This document shows positions 11,481-20,907 of a DNA stretch of 64,000 bases, piece by piece (positions within the stretch are counted from its first letter, which is position 1; each line of letters begins with the position of its first letter). A program made the translations under genes and the position numbers. The notes under the pieces were generated by a model. That model was not told the origin of the DNA, did not search any database, and saw only the letters and a program-made list of their open reading frames with translations. The DNA comes from Candidatus Curtissbacteria bacterium (GTDB lineage: Bacteria > Patescibacteriota > Microgenomatia > Curtissbacterales > GWA2-41-24), in NCBI GenBank assembly GCA_038326365.1, contig JBBQJY010000002.1, positions 17,960 to 81,959 of the forward strand, given 5' to 3'.

Positions 11481-12008
11481 ATGCCCTTTCTTTCTAGACG
11501 TAAACTTGGTTTCACCCTTATCGAGCTTCTAGTAACTATTGCCATCATTGGTATCCTTGCTTCCCTCGGCACTTTTGCATACACAGACAGTCAAAAGAAA
11601 GGCCGCGACACCAAAAGAAAATCAGACGTTGAGGCCATTAAACGAAGCCTAGAGTTGATGAAGCAAGACTCAGCTGGTGCCTATTCATACCCCACTTGTA
11701 TTACTTATGGTACTCCAAGCGCTGTAAGCTGTTATCTGGACGACCCCGGATCAGGAAGTAATGCCAACGGGCCAGATATGATTCCATCAAGCGGAACACC
11801 CTACATAAAAGCCTTGCCCAAAGATCCAAAGACTAGTAATTACTACGCATATTTCCCAACGGGGCCTGCTTCTCCCTGCACGTCTGGGGCCTGCACCTCA
11901 TTTTCAATCGTTGCTTGCCTTGAGAATCTAAAAGACCCCCAGAGAGACAGCCCAAATATTGCTCCTTGTGACGGCACAACTAATTGGAGCTACACCATCA
12001 AACCTTAG
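11481..12008 (+). CDS. type IV pilin-like protein 3
   Basis: 'MPFLSRRKLG|FTLIELLVTIAIIGILAS…QKKGRDTKRKSDV' and a 'CLENLKDPQRDS' motif mark it as a paralog. The start is chosen at the Met giving a short leader, and the listed ORF extends further upstream. Confidence 0.6.
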   Translation: MPFLSRRKLGFTLIELLVTIAIIGILASLGTFAYTDSQKKGRDTKRKSDVEAIKRSLELMKQDSAGAYSYPTCITYGTPSAVSCYLDDPGSGSNANGPDMIPSSGTPYIKALPKDPKTSNYYAYFPTGPASPCTSGACTSFSIVACLENLKDPQRDSPNIAPCDGTTNWSYTIKP

Positions 12009-12009
12009 C

Positions 12010-12609
12010 GTGACCTCCTTCAACTCTTCCAAAAAAGGCTTTACCTTAATTGAACTGCTAATGACCATTATGCTAATCGGTATACTATCTGCTCTTGGTT
12101 TTTATGCTTTTACTTCTGCCCAACAAAAAGCCAGGGATGGGAAAAGAAAAACGGATTTAGCCGAAGTTAAAAAAGCCCTGGAACATGCTAAAAACGATTG
12201 TAAAGCAGGATCATATTACCCAGTCGGGTCACCCTCTACTATGGGTTACGAGAAAAATGGTTACACCTGGTTAAAAAACTATCTCACCAACAACAATCTT
12301 CAATATTTAGGAGAAGGTTTAGACGACCCCCAAAGCAATGCAGGTAATTTCTACGCTTATGATGTAGCTGAATTAAATAATAACGTTTGTCCAATATCTA
12401 CGCTAGCATTGACAAACAAAGGCACAAAAACCTGGATTCTAAGAGTAAAACTCGAACTAGGTTCAAGAGATCCAGACAATGCAAGAACATTTAATACTTG
12501 CTCAGATAAAATCACCACTATTAATTTAGCGTGGGGTGGTTCTTATTTTATTGGCAGCAACCCAGTTCCTTCTGCAAGCGACGGTTACTATTACGTCTGC
12601 AACGATTAG
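12010..12609 (+). CDS. type IV pilin-like protein 4 (probable GTG start)
   Basis: '…SSKKG|FTLIELLMTIMLIGILS…QQKARDGKRKTDL' and a C-terminal '…DGYYYVCND' mark it as a paralog. No in-frame ATG gives a plausible leader, whereas a GTG at 12010 sits 1 nt after the pilin-3 stop. Confidence 0.55.
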   Translation: MTSFNSSKKGFTLIELLMTIMLIGILSALGFYAFTSAQQKARDGKRKTDLAEVKKALEHAKNDCKAGSYYPVGSPSTMGYEKNGYTWLKNYLTNNNLQYLGEGLDDPQSNAGNFYAYDVAELNNNVCPISTLALTNKGTKTWILRVKLELGSRDPDNARTFNTCSDKITTINLAWGGSYFIGSNPVPSASDGYYYVCND

Positions 12610-13133
12610 AGTGAGTTGAAAAGAACTATTGCCAAGGAGACCATTACATTAAGAGAGATGTTTACTCCATACACTGGAATTTCCACCATCGTATCGCAAA
12701 TTTTTAAAGTCTCTTTCGAAATTCCCCTAGTTTCGTGGCCAACAACAAAAGCAAGAGGCAACGAATAATTTGCAGCCTTAAACTCCACACTTCCCTTCCC
12801 TTGCTCAACAGCAAACACTTTTAAATTTTTAACTCTACTTTTTAAAACTTTAATCGCTGCCTCAGCCGTCTTTTCATATTGCCAAGGTACCCATTTGTCG
12901 CACCCAACAGACGCTTTTGCAATTTGAGAATTTGGTGGCGTTTCACTTCCTCCACACAAGTAAACACAACTCGCTCCCACAGCGTCAGCTAAGCGAAAAA
13001 TTGCTCCAACATTGTAGGTATCCATTACGTCCTCGCAAATTATGTAAATTTCGCGTCTCTTTATTTTTAAAATATCCTCAGGCGTTGGCGTACTGACTCT
13101 TAGCTCCTTTGCCGCCAGCTTTATTTTATCCAT
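12606..13133 (-). CDS. SpoU/TrmH-family RNA 2'-O-methyltransferase (SPOUT)
   Basis: 'LAFVVGHETRGISKETLKICDTMVEIPVYGVNISLNVMVSLAIVLF' is a SPOUT knot motif. Confidence 0.6.
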   Translation of the reverse strand: MDKIKLAAKELRVSTPTPEDILKIKRREIYIICEDVMDTYNVGAIFRLADAVGASCVYLCGGSETPPNSQIAKASVGCDKWVPWQYEKTAEAAIKVLKSRVKNLKVFAVEQGKGSVEFKAANYSLPLAFVVGHETRGISKETLKICDTMVEIPVYGVNISLNVMVSLAIVLFNSL

Positions 13134-13172
13134 AGAAGGAATTCTACAATTTTTTAGGGTATTATTAAATTA

Positions 13173-13604
13173 ATGCCCACTAAAAAAGGCTTTACGCTTA
13201 TCGAAATCCTCGTAGTAATTGGGGTAATTGGAATAATTGTTGCTGCAGGTTCTGTGGCCTATTCTAATTCACAAGAGAAAAGTAAAGACAAAAGGAGAAA
13301 GTCCGATATAGAAGCCATTCGGCAAGCACTTGTTATTGCCAAACAAGATGATGGCTACTATAAAATCGACCTAACATCTCTGACTCCAAAATATATCAAA
13401 AGCATCCCACAAGACCCGGTCACTAACCAAAATTATATCTTTGTGCCTGGTCCAACTATACCTCTATGCGATAACACCTCAACATATTGCACAAACTTTA
13501 CATTGACAACTTGTCTGGAAAATGCCAACGACCCCCAGCAGGACTCATCAAAAAACAGCTCCTGCTCAACACCTGCAAGCTACACGCTCACTTCACCTCA
13601 ATAA
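13173..13604 (+). CDS. type IV pilin-like protein 5
   Basis: 'MPTKKG|FTLIEILVVIGVIGIIVA' and a 'CLENANDPQQDS' motif mark it as a paralog. Confidence 0.7.
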   Translation: MPTKKGFTLIEILVVIGVIGIIVAAGSVAYSNSQEKSKDKRRKSDIEAIRQALVIAKQDDGYYKIDLTSLTPKYIKSIPQDPVTNQNYIFVPGPTIPLCDNTSTYCTNFTLTTCLENANDPQQDSSKNSSCSTPASYTLTSPQ

Positions 13605-13605
13605 G

Positions 13606-15378
13606 CTATTTGACAGTTACCGATTTTGCTATGTTTCTTGGCCTATCAACATTATGGCCCAGTCCAAGAGCCAAGTAGTACGCCAAAAGCTGCAAGGGAA
13701 CAACATTCATAATAGAGCTAACCTCCTCAAGATCCCCAACTTTCAAAAAATAATCAAATTCACGGCTAACAAGAGATGAAATTCCAACAACGTAGGCACC
13801 CCTGGCCTTAACCTGACTTACCGAATTTAATACATCCGCGCGCACAGAATCAGCAGAAACAGCCACAATAACCACTACACCCTTTTCCATTAAAGTTATG
13901 GCGTAATGTTTCAGATCTCCGGCCGGCATGGCGTGAGCATGTTTGTAACTCGTTTCAATCAGCTTAACCATTCCCTCGCGAATAATTTGAAAATTCTGCG
14001 CCTTTCCAAGCAGGTATATATCGTCCTCTTCCATCAGCAACTTTGCCAAGTCCCGAACAGACTTTATGTTTTTGGCATCATCTAAATATTTTTTAATTGC
14101 TTTAGAAAGATTCTTAATGTTTCCCATTCCCTCGCCGTACTTTCCCCGAATTGTTTTTGCAAGCAAATACCCCCAAGCAATATGAGCAACAAAAACTTTT
14201 GTGGAAACTACACTAACTTCCGGCCCAGCCCCAGTCATAAATTTAAAGTCAGAAAGTTTTGTCATCATCGAACCCGGCATGTTAACGTTCGATGCAATTT
14301 TAACGCCTCGCTTTTTGGCAATCTCAATTACCTCTAAAACATCAGCTGTTTCTCCGCTCTGAGAAGGTGCAATCATCAGATCCCCTTTTTGAAATAAATC
14401 GTAGCATTCGTAAGCGTCCGCACCCACCAAACTAATGGCATTAACTTTGGCAAAATGGCGCAAAAAATAAGCAATTTGTGCAGCCGCGATGCCGGTTGTA
14501 CCTGAACCAATCGTATAGACGTTTTTGGAACGAATAACGAAGCGAGAAAGGTCCATAAGCGCCTTTTTATCCTGGTTTGCAACCTGATCAACTACTTGGG
14601 GTATTTCAAAAATTTCTTTGATCATAAAGTGGTCAAATCCTTCTTTGCCCACCTTATGACTCTTCACATCAACTTTTTCCCAGCTAACTTTCTCCCTTCG
14701 TCCGCTTTTAATGCCAAAAAGTCCAATTGCAGATCCGTCTGATTCAACCATTTGGCCATTTTCAACAACAATCATTTTTGTGGCTAAGTTTGCAAAAGAT
14801 AAAGTGTCCGAAGAAAAAAGCAATTCACCTTCGCTATTTGTACCAATAATAAGAGGCGATCCGTTTCGACAAGCAATTATTTTGCCAAATTCATCAAGTA
14901 CAATAATTGTATTTCGCCCATCAAGTTCTAAAAATGCCGCCCTAACGGCTTCTCGAAAGTCTTTAATTTTTTTTAATTTCTCTTCAATCAAGCGAACAAT
15001 AACTTCAGTGTCCGTTTCTGTTTGAAATTTGAAACCTTTGTTAAAAAGCCTAGATTTTAAAGTTTGAAAATTTTCAACAATTCCGTTTTGTGCAACTACA
15101 AAGTTGTTGTGTGTCGATGTATGCGGATGCGCATTTTTTAGAGTAACTCCCCCATGAGTTGCCCACCGTGTATGACCAATTCCTACAGAAGATTTAGGCA
15201 GCCCAAGTTCAACAACTTCTCCGATTGCTCCAACTTTTTTAACGGATGCAATTTTACCAAGTGTCAAAACAGCAACACCCCAAGAGTCATAACCGCGATA
15301 TTCCAACCTTTTGAGACCTTCCAGGATAACCTTTGCCGCATCATGCCGACGGCCAGCATATCCAAAAATTCCGCACAT
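13606..15378 (-). CDS. glmS: glutamine--fructose-6-phosphate aminotransferase (isomerizing)
   Basis: The N-terminal catalytic Cys in 'MCGIFGYAG' is followed by two SIS domains. The C-terminal 'NVDRPRNIAKSVTVK' matches the GlmS C-tail. Confidence 0.9.
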   Translation of the reverse strand: MCGIFGYAGRRHDAAKVILEGLKRLEYRGYDSWGVAVLTLGKIASVKKVGAIGEVVELGLPKSSVGIGHTRWATHGGVTLKNAHPHTSTHNNFVVAQNGIVENFQTLKSRLFNKGFKFQTETDTEVIVRLIEEKLKKIKDFREAVRAAFLELDGRNTIIVLDEFGKIIACRNGSPLIIGTNSEGELLFSSDTLSFANLATKMIVVENGQMVESDGSAIGLFGIKSGRREKVSWEKVDVKSHKVGKEGFDHFMIKEIFEIPQVVDQVANQDKKALMDLSRFVIRSKNVYTIGSGTTGIAAAQIAYFLRHFAKVNAISLVGADAYECYDLFQKGDLMIAPSQSGETADVLEVIEIAKKRGVKIASNVNMPGSMMTKLSDFKFMTGAGPEVSVVSTKVFVAHIAWGYLLAKTIRGKYGEGMGNIKNLSKAIKKYLDDAKNIKSVRDLAKLLMEEDDIYLLGKAQNFQIIREGMVKLIETSYKHAHAMPAGDLKHYAITLMEKGVVVIVAVSADSVRADVLNSVSQVKARGAYVVGISSLVSREFDYFLKVGDLEEVSSIMNVVPLQLLAYYLALGLGHNVDRPRNIAKSVTVK

Positions 15379-15395
15379 AGAGGGGATTTTATTCT

Positions 15396-16010
15396 TTAAG
15401 AAGCTTTATGTAAAGGATAGTCCCGAGCCTCGATTATCGATATTTCGGGCACCTTTTTATACTTCTTGTTCTTAACTAAATATGGTTTTCCATTTTTTTC
15501 AACGACGTAGTAACAAAAACCCTGCATTCGCCGTACAGCCTCATAATCGGCGTGGCCAGGCAAAGAAACTGGATCAACATCGTCAAAGTTAACTGGCGAA
15601 TCATCAGCTGTCACGAAAAATGTCTTCGAAATATTTGCAACGAGATGTCCCCACTCAGCCGGAATAAATAAAGCATCGCCGGTCCTAACATGAACCGCAT
15701 ATGCCTCATCTATTTCATCATCTTTTGGCTTGCCCCCGTTATCGATTGCTCGCTTCTGAACCAAAACTATTCCTTCTCCAAAAATTACCCAATAAGTTTC
15801 ATCTAATTTACCAACATGGTAATGTCCATAAGTTTTGATGTACTCTCCTCCAACTGTCCCCGGTTCCCAAACTGTAATATTTCGCTGATCACTTCCTCCT
15901 CGAACCATATGGTAGTGAATTGCCAAACCTTGTGCATTTGGGTCCATGAGGACTTCTTGCATTTTTTCCTGAGTTCGAGAAGCATAATGTTTAAGCGTAA
16001 AATCTTTCAT
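15396..16010 (-). CDS. cupin-type glucose-6-phosphate isomerase (archaeal cPGI-like)
   Basis: 'KTYGHYHVGKLDETYWVIFGEG' and 'ALFIPAEWGHLVANI' closely resemble the Pyrococcus cPGI metal-binding motifs ('TKGHFH…EVY' and 'YVPPYWAH', recalled from memory). Confidence 0.55.
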   Translation of the reverse strand: MKDFTLKHYASRTQEKMQEVLMDPNAQGLAIHYHMVRGGSDQRNITVWEPGTVGGEYIKTYGHYHVGKLDETYWVIFGEGIVLVQKRAIDNGGKPKDDEIDEAYAVHVRTGDALFIPAEWGHLVANISKTFFVTADDSPVNFDDVDPVSLPGHADYEAVRRMQGFCYYVVEKNGKPYLVKNKKYKKVPEISIIEARDYPLHKAS

Positions 16011-16450
16011 ACTTTACCTTTATTTCTCAGTTCTCTCTCCCTGGCATCTTCATTTCTGCCGGCGCGGCTATAGTCGTCCTCAAGTCTAAATGTCTTACCA
16101 GTCTCAGGCATTGAGACCTCGATAACGTCACAGTTGGTTATTCCTTTTATCCTATGCTTTTGACCAACCTCAAGATTATATCCAGTGCCGGCTTTCATCT
16201 CAATCTCTTCCATTTCCCCATCTGCTCCCTCCCAACTAAGGAGCGCTCGCCCACTCATCAAGAACCAACTTTCCATCTTTTTATCATGGTATTGAAGAGA
16301 AAACCTGTGCCCCTGATTAAAGTGCAGAATTTTCCCCATATATGGCTTACTATCCTCTACCCAATGGATTTCCCAACCCCATGGCTTCTCCACGCGTCTA
16401 GCGTACGGTTTATTTACAAACTTTGACTTGTGGGGTTTTGGCTTCGACAC
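16007..16450 (-). CDS. cupin-domain mannose-6-phosphate isomerase (type II PMI cupin)
   Basis: 'EKPWGWEIHWVED…GKILHFNQGHRFSLQYHDKKMESWFLMSGRALL…KAGTGYNLEVGQKHRIKG…DVIEVSMPE' matches the ManC C-terminal cupin. The listed ORF (to 16603) overlaps uppS, and a GTG at 16450 gives a non-overlapping start. Confidence 0.5.
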   Translation of the reverse strand: MSKPKPHKSKFVNKPYARRVEKPWGWEIHWVEDSKPYMGKILHFNQGHRFSLQYHDKKMESWFLMSGRALLSWEGADGEMEEIEMKAGTGYNLEVGQKHRIKGITNCDVIEVSMPETGKTFRLEDDYSRAGRNEDARERELRNKGKV

Positions 16451-16454
16451 TATT

Positions 16455-17168
16455 TTATTGTCCGAATCTTCGCTGTCGCGCAGAGTAATTACCAATTGCA
16501 CGCTTAAGCTCAGCCAAGGAAAAATCCGGAAAAAGTAGCTTGGAGAAAAATAACTCTGTATATGTAGTTTGCCAAGGCATAATGCCAGATGTTCGCATTT
16601 CACCAGAGGTTCGAATCAAAAGATCGGGGTCTGGCATACCAACCGTCTGCATGTTTTTATTTATCATCTCTTCAGTAACTTGAGATGCTTTTACTCCCTT
16701 TTTAACAATTCGCTTCACTGCATCTACGATTTCGTCATGTCCACCATAGTCAATGCAGATATTAAGAAGGTAATCACGGTTCTTGGCGGTATCCTTTTCC
16801 ATTTTAATCAGCATTTGCTTGAGAGCAGCCGGTACTCTATCTCTCCTACCAAGCCATTTGAACCTAACTCCCTCACTAACAAGTTCTTTTAAATGTCTCT
16901 TAAAAAACCAAAGGTATATCTTCATAAGGTATTTGACTTCTTTTTCGCTTCTCTTCCAGTTTTCGGTCGAGAAACCCCAGAGCGTCAATATTCGCACCCC
17001 TAAACCCTTCGACTCTCGTACAATAGACAAAGCCGTATCCAGGCCCCTCTTGTGGCCTTCAATAGGCTCAAGGCCGTGCTTCTTGGCCCACCTGCGATTG
17101 CCATCTGGAATAATTACGAGGTGTTTTGGGACTTGTACTTTTGATTCTCTGTTGGACATTTTTTCCAA
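16455..17168 (-). CDS. uppS: undecaprenyl-diphosphate synthase (cis-prenyltransferase)
   Basis: The 'HLVIIPDGNRRWAKK', 'DLLIRTSGEMRTSGIMPWQTTYTELFF' and 'YSARQRRFG' motifs are all present. Confidence 0.85.
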   Translation of the reverse strand: MEKMSNRESKVQVPKHLVIIPDGNRRWAKKHGLEPIEGHKRGLDTALSIVRESKGLGVRILTLWGFSTENWKRSEKEVKYLMKIYLWFFKRHLKELVSEGVRFKWLGRRDRVPAALKQMLIKMEKDTAKNRDYLLNICIDYGGHDEIVDAVKRIVKKGVKASQVTEEMINKNMQTVGMPDPDLLIRTSGEMRTSGIMPWQTTYTELFFSKLLFPDFSLAELKRAIGNYSARQRRFGQ

Positions 17169-17232
17169 AAAAATAGCGGGCTGATTCTATTTGGTAATGA
17201 CAAGAATATCAAAAATGCAGCTTGCTTTCAAC

Positions 17233-18795
17233 TTAACTCGCCCGCCCAACAATAAAATCGGCCATTTCTAAATATATTTGCACAAGTTTTTGCTCTTTTG
17301 TAATCAAAGTTATCCCTTGCTTTGCACTTTTAACCAAATTAATCTTCGTCTCCTCAACTTTAGATAGTGCTCCGCAAGATGACAAAATATTCTTGACTAA
17401 ATTAAGATCTTCAACGTTTGCGTCTGGCTTCCCCCACAATTTTTTGAGCTTCTTTCTGTTAAAATCATTTGCCAAACTAAAACCTTTTGCAATAAGTAGT
17501 GTATTTTTTCCTTCACAAATATCCGAAAGAATCGACTTACCAATTATTTTTTCATCTCCAAAAACCCCCAGCACATCATCATGAAGCTGAAAAGCCCGCC
17601 CGGCATAGTAACCAAATTTGGAAATTGCAGCAAGTTGTGCCCTGGTACCTCCCGCCAGTGTTGACCCAACTGAAAGTGGGCAGATAACGCTGTATTTACC
17701 TGTTTTATTGTCCAAAATCTCCCAGATTATTGCCTCTGTAGGCTCCTTTTGTGAGTAGAAAACATCCAAAGCCTGACCAAACCCCGTGTCCAGAGATGAC
17801 GAAAGAACAAAGTTTAGCACTTTATTTTTAGTCTCCGGATCAAAATTAGACTCACTAATTAATTTGAATGCTTCAAAAGCGGCGATATCCCCAATCAAAA
17901 TTCCAACAGAAACACCAAAATGCTCACCAAACTTTGAATATTTTTTATGGATGCTGGGCTTTCCACGTCTAATATCGGCCCGATCCATGATGTCGTCGTG
18001 GATTAAAAAAAACGAATGCAGTATTTCCAAAGCAAGAGCAATCGGCAAAACTTTTTTTATATCTGCCTTGTTTCCGCGGGCGGATAAAAATCCAAGGTAG
18101 ACCAAAAATGCCCGCAACTTTTTACCGCCGCGGGTAAACTCTTCTAAGTCACGATAAAAATTGAGAATTTCCCTGTGTTTTGAATTATTCTTTTGTTTCT
18201 TTTGGAAAAATTCTTTTCGATATCCTTCGTATTTTATTAAAAATTGAGAAAGTTCTTCCAAAAATAAATTAGTTTTTGGCAATTTATTTACGGCCAACCT
18301 TGCCCAGGGTGTGTATTTTTTTGGATTTTTTCGCAGATCTTGCTTAAATTTACCAAAATCCACCCAGCCGCTTTGGTAAATTTCTTTTGCGTTTTGCCTA
18401 TAAACTCCGTCATAATTGCCCACCAAAATTGCACAATATTCGTTCTCACAATTCTTACCTTCTCTTGCAAAATAGTTAAAAGCGCCAATTTTTTTAACAT
18501 CAACATGACCAATACCCATTTCTTTTGCCAATGCGCGATCACTTGCCTCCTGGTATGATTCTTCTCCTTTTCCATTTTTTAGAGGGTGAGATATTGCAGT
18601 AAAATCCCAAAAACTGTCAAAAAGCCGGTGTTTGCGCTTTTGTAAAAGGACCTGATTTTTGGAATTAAAAAGTAGAGTTACAAAAGCCCTGTGTCGTTTC
18701 CCCCTACCCGTATGGCCCTCCTCAAGAGAGGTGTACCCCAGCTTCTTATCGTTTTTAGATACTAAAATAATTTGGCTCATTATTAAGCAACCCAA
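17233..18795 (-). CDS. fusion protein: N-terminal IPP-isomerase-like Nudix domain plus C-terminal short-chain trans-polyprenyl diphosphate synthase
   Basis: The N-terminal about 180 aa align to type-1 IDI ('GHTG…KRHRAFVTLLFN', 'ENEYCAIL', 'TPWA'), but the catalytic Cys position reads 'TAISHP'. The C-terminal domain carries the FARM motif 'LIHDDIMD' and the SARM motif 'FQLHDDVLGVFGD'. Confidence 0.7.
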   Translation of the reverse strand: MGCLIMSQIILVSKNDKKLGYTSLEEGHTGRGKRHRAFVTLLFNSKNQVLLQKRKHRLFDSFWDFTAISHPLKNGKGEESYQEASDRALAKEMGIGHVDVKKIGAFNYFAREGKNCENEYCAILVGNYDGVYRQNAKEIYQSGWVDFGKFKQDLRKNPKKYTPWARLAVNKLPKTNLFLEELSQFLIKYEGYRKEFFQKKQKNNSKHREILNFYRDLEEFTRGGKKLRAFLVYLGFLSARGNKADIKKVLPIALALEILHSFFLIHDDIMDRADIRRGKPSIHKKYSKFGEHFGVSVGILIGDIAAFEAFKLISESNFDPETKNKVLNFVLSSSLDTGFGQALDVFYSQKEPTEAIIWEILDNKTGKYSVICPLSVGSTLAGGTRAQLAAISKFGYYAGRAFQLHDDVLGVFGDEKIIGKSILSDICEGKNTLLIAKGFSLANDFNRKKLKKLWGKPDANVEDLNLVKNILSSCGALSKVEETKINLVKSAKQGITLITKEQKLVQIYLEMADFIVGRAS

Positions 18796-19871
18796 CGCAA
18801 TCTCAGCTTTTCAATCTGGTCTTGCGGCAGGTTGAATGTTAATTGCCTTTCCGGCACTACTTGCTCAAGGTAACTGACCCTGACACCCTGTGAACGTTGC
18901 TGAACCCAATCCACTACTGGATTCATATACATATCCAAAACAGACGCCCCAGATGTAACCCCAACCTTATTAATTCCAGCTTGAAACCAGTTTGTTTGCA
19001 ATTCTTCTGGATAATCTACGGAGTACGAGGGTATATTTGCCCATTCACCTCTTCGCTTTAACATTTGAGAATTATGACTATCCGAAGAGCCAACAACTAC
19101 CAAAGCGTCAATTCCTCTTTTAATCATGTCATCGAGCGCTTCTTGTCGATTATGGGTTGCGTAACACAAACCTACTTTATCTGGAACAAATATATCGGGA
19201 TACTTAACCATCAAGCTCTTTTCGATGACATCGACCTCCATTGGCATCAAGGTTGTCTGGGAATAAACAACCCAATCATGCCCACTACCTAAGTCAATTC
19301 TTTTCAAATCTTCCTCACTCTCTATCAAAATGAAGTCCTCACCTCTAACTTTTCCCAATTCCTCAAACTGGCCAAGCACGCTAACCGTTTCTGGGTGCCC
19401 ATCAACACCGATATAGCCCACCTTCTTACCCGCCATAGCAGAGTTCCTAGCCATTGTTTGCACAGCGATAACCAGTGGACAACTTGTATCAACAATATCA
19501 TGGCCCATTTCCTCGGCTAATCTTCTGAACTGCGGAGAGACACTATGAGCAGAAATTACGAGCGCAGACTTCCTTGGAACTAAGGTTAAATCGTTTTTTA
19601 CGCTTACATATCCTCTTCTTCGATACTCAGCCATCTTCGGTACATTGTTTATAAGATCCCAACTTCCGTAAACCAGATGTTTAGGATCAATCTTACCTAT
19701 GTGATCCGCCTCGACACGAAAACCGACAGCTTCATCACGAATATCCAGAACCTGGTCCAGAGCTTCCACTGCCATATTCACTCCTCCGCATGGACCTCGA
19801 TTACCAGCAATTAGGATTTCTTCAACAGAAAATTTTGGGGCTTCGGGGACTACGCCCCTGTCTGGGCTCAT
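18783..19871 (-). CDS. ispH: 4-hydroxy-3-methylbut-2-enyl diphosphate reductase
   Basis: 'IAGNRGPCGGVNMAVEAL' resembles the LytB N-terminal Cys motif, and a C-terminal 'HNSQ…' segment resembles the third Cys region. There is an N-terminal extension. Confidence 0.8.
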   Translation of the reverse strand: MSPDRGVVPEAPKFSVEEILIAGNRGPCGGVNMAVEALDQVLDIRDEAVGFRVEADHIGKIDPKHLVYGSWDLINNVPKMAEYRRRGYVSVKNDLTLVPRKSALVISAHSVSPQFRRLAEEMGHDIVDTSCPLVIAVQTMARNSAMAGKKVGYIGVDGHPETVSVLGQFEELGKVRGEDFILIESEEDLKRIDLGSGHDWVVYSQTTLMPMEVDVIEKSLMVKYPDIFVPDKVGLCYATHNRQEALDDMIKRGIDALVVVGSSDSHNSQMLKRRGEWANIPSYSVDYPEELQTNWFQAGINKVGVTSGASVLDMYMNPVVDWVQQRSQGVRVSYLEQVVPERQLTFNLPQDQIEKLRLRWVA

Positions 19872-19944
19872 TGGGAGAAAAGATTATAACTCTAATAGCC
19901 AAAAATTGGAAATCGCCGTCCTAATATGCTAAAAAGACCCTCCA

Positions 19945-20907
19945 GTGAACGAAAGACAACTTATTGCTCACCTAAAAGAAACGCTCCAAAAGCCTCAGAT
20001 TTTAGAAAACTGGCTGGACGATGATTGCGAGATCATAAATAGAGGTGATCATTTCCAATTGATTACAGTAGACACCTCGTCCGAAAAAGCTGACTTTCCA
20101 AGTAATGCGCCCCCATTTGAGATTGGTTACTTCTCAACAGCGCTGTCTTTAAGTGATATAGCCGCCTGCGGTGGGGTGCCAGAAGGAATTATGGTTTCTG
20201 TTTCTGTTTCACCCGATTTTGACCCTAAAATAATTGCAGTCTACGATGGTATTAAAAAAGCTGCAAAAGATGCAGTTGCCCCAATCCTTGGTGGTGATTC
20301 AAATTCAGCAGGCGAATTCAGTTTATCTGTTGTGAGTCTAGGCAGAGTCGAGAAAAATAGCATTCTCAAGAGAGGAACAGCTCGCATTGGAGACAAAATA
20401 GGGGTCACAGGAACATTGGATAAGTTTAATACTGGCTACCATCAATACCATCAACACACACTCATAGATTATCAGCTGATGCTTAGGCAAAGCGCGAAAA
20501 TAGAAATCGGACAAATTCTTTCCAGATTTTCCCATTTTGCTGGAGTAACAAGCTGCATCGATCTTCCTGATGGTCTTGCCAAAGCTCTAACAGATAACAC
20601 CAGGGGTAAGTACGGTTACCGTATAAAGGATGACCAAATACCCTTGGAAAATCCCCATACAAACCCTTACAAAACTCGTTTTGAAGCAGCATCAAGACCA
20701 GCCGGAGATCTAGAACTTCTATTTACTGCAGACAAAGACCAAGTCGAAAAAATAAATCTAGAGTTTAGACGAAGTGGCTTGGCAGTTCACTGGATTGGGC
20801 AAGTGACCAAACAACTTGGAATCACTTTAGAAAAAGATGGTGCACTGCACTCCCCTCAAGTAGAGGGCTTTGTTCACAAGTTCGAAGGATATAAACTATT
20901 CTCGTAA
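19945..20907 (+). CDS. AIR-synthase-related (PurM-like) protein, ThiL-like thiamine-monophosphate kinase family
   Basis: The N-terminal 'QLIAHL…DDDCEII…QLITVDTS' resembles the ThiL/HypE/SelD fold. The specific function is uncertain. Confidence 0.45.
   Translation: MNERQLIAHLKETLQKPQILENWLDDDCEIINRGDHFQLITVDTSSEKADFPSNAPPFEIGYFSTALSLSDIAACGGVPEGIMVSVSVSPDFDPKIIAVYDGIKKAAKDAVAPILGGDSNSAGEFSLSVVSLGRVEKNSILKRGTARIGDKIGVTGTLDKFNTGYHQYHQHTLIDYQLMLRQSAKIEIGQILSRFSHFAGVTSCIDLPDGLAKALTDNTRGKYGYRIKDDQIPLENPHTNPYKTRFEAASRPAGDLELLFTADKDQVEKINLEFRRSGLAVHWIGQVTKQLGITLEKDGALHSPQVEGFVHKFEGYKLFS

Noticed and set aside
17233-18795. Possibility that the IDI-like/polyprenyl synthase fusion is two genes joined by a sequencing error
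   Set aside because: The reading frame is continuous with no internal stop, and the IDI-like C-terminal 'TPWA' block runs directly into the synthase domain. This is kept as a fusion but flagged for verification.
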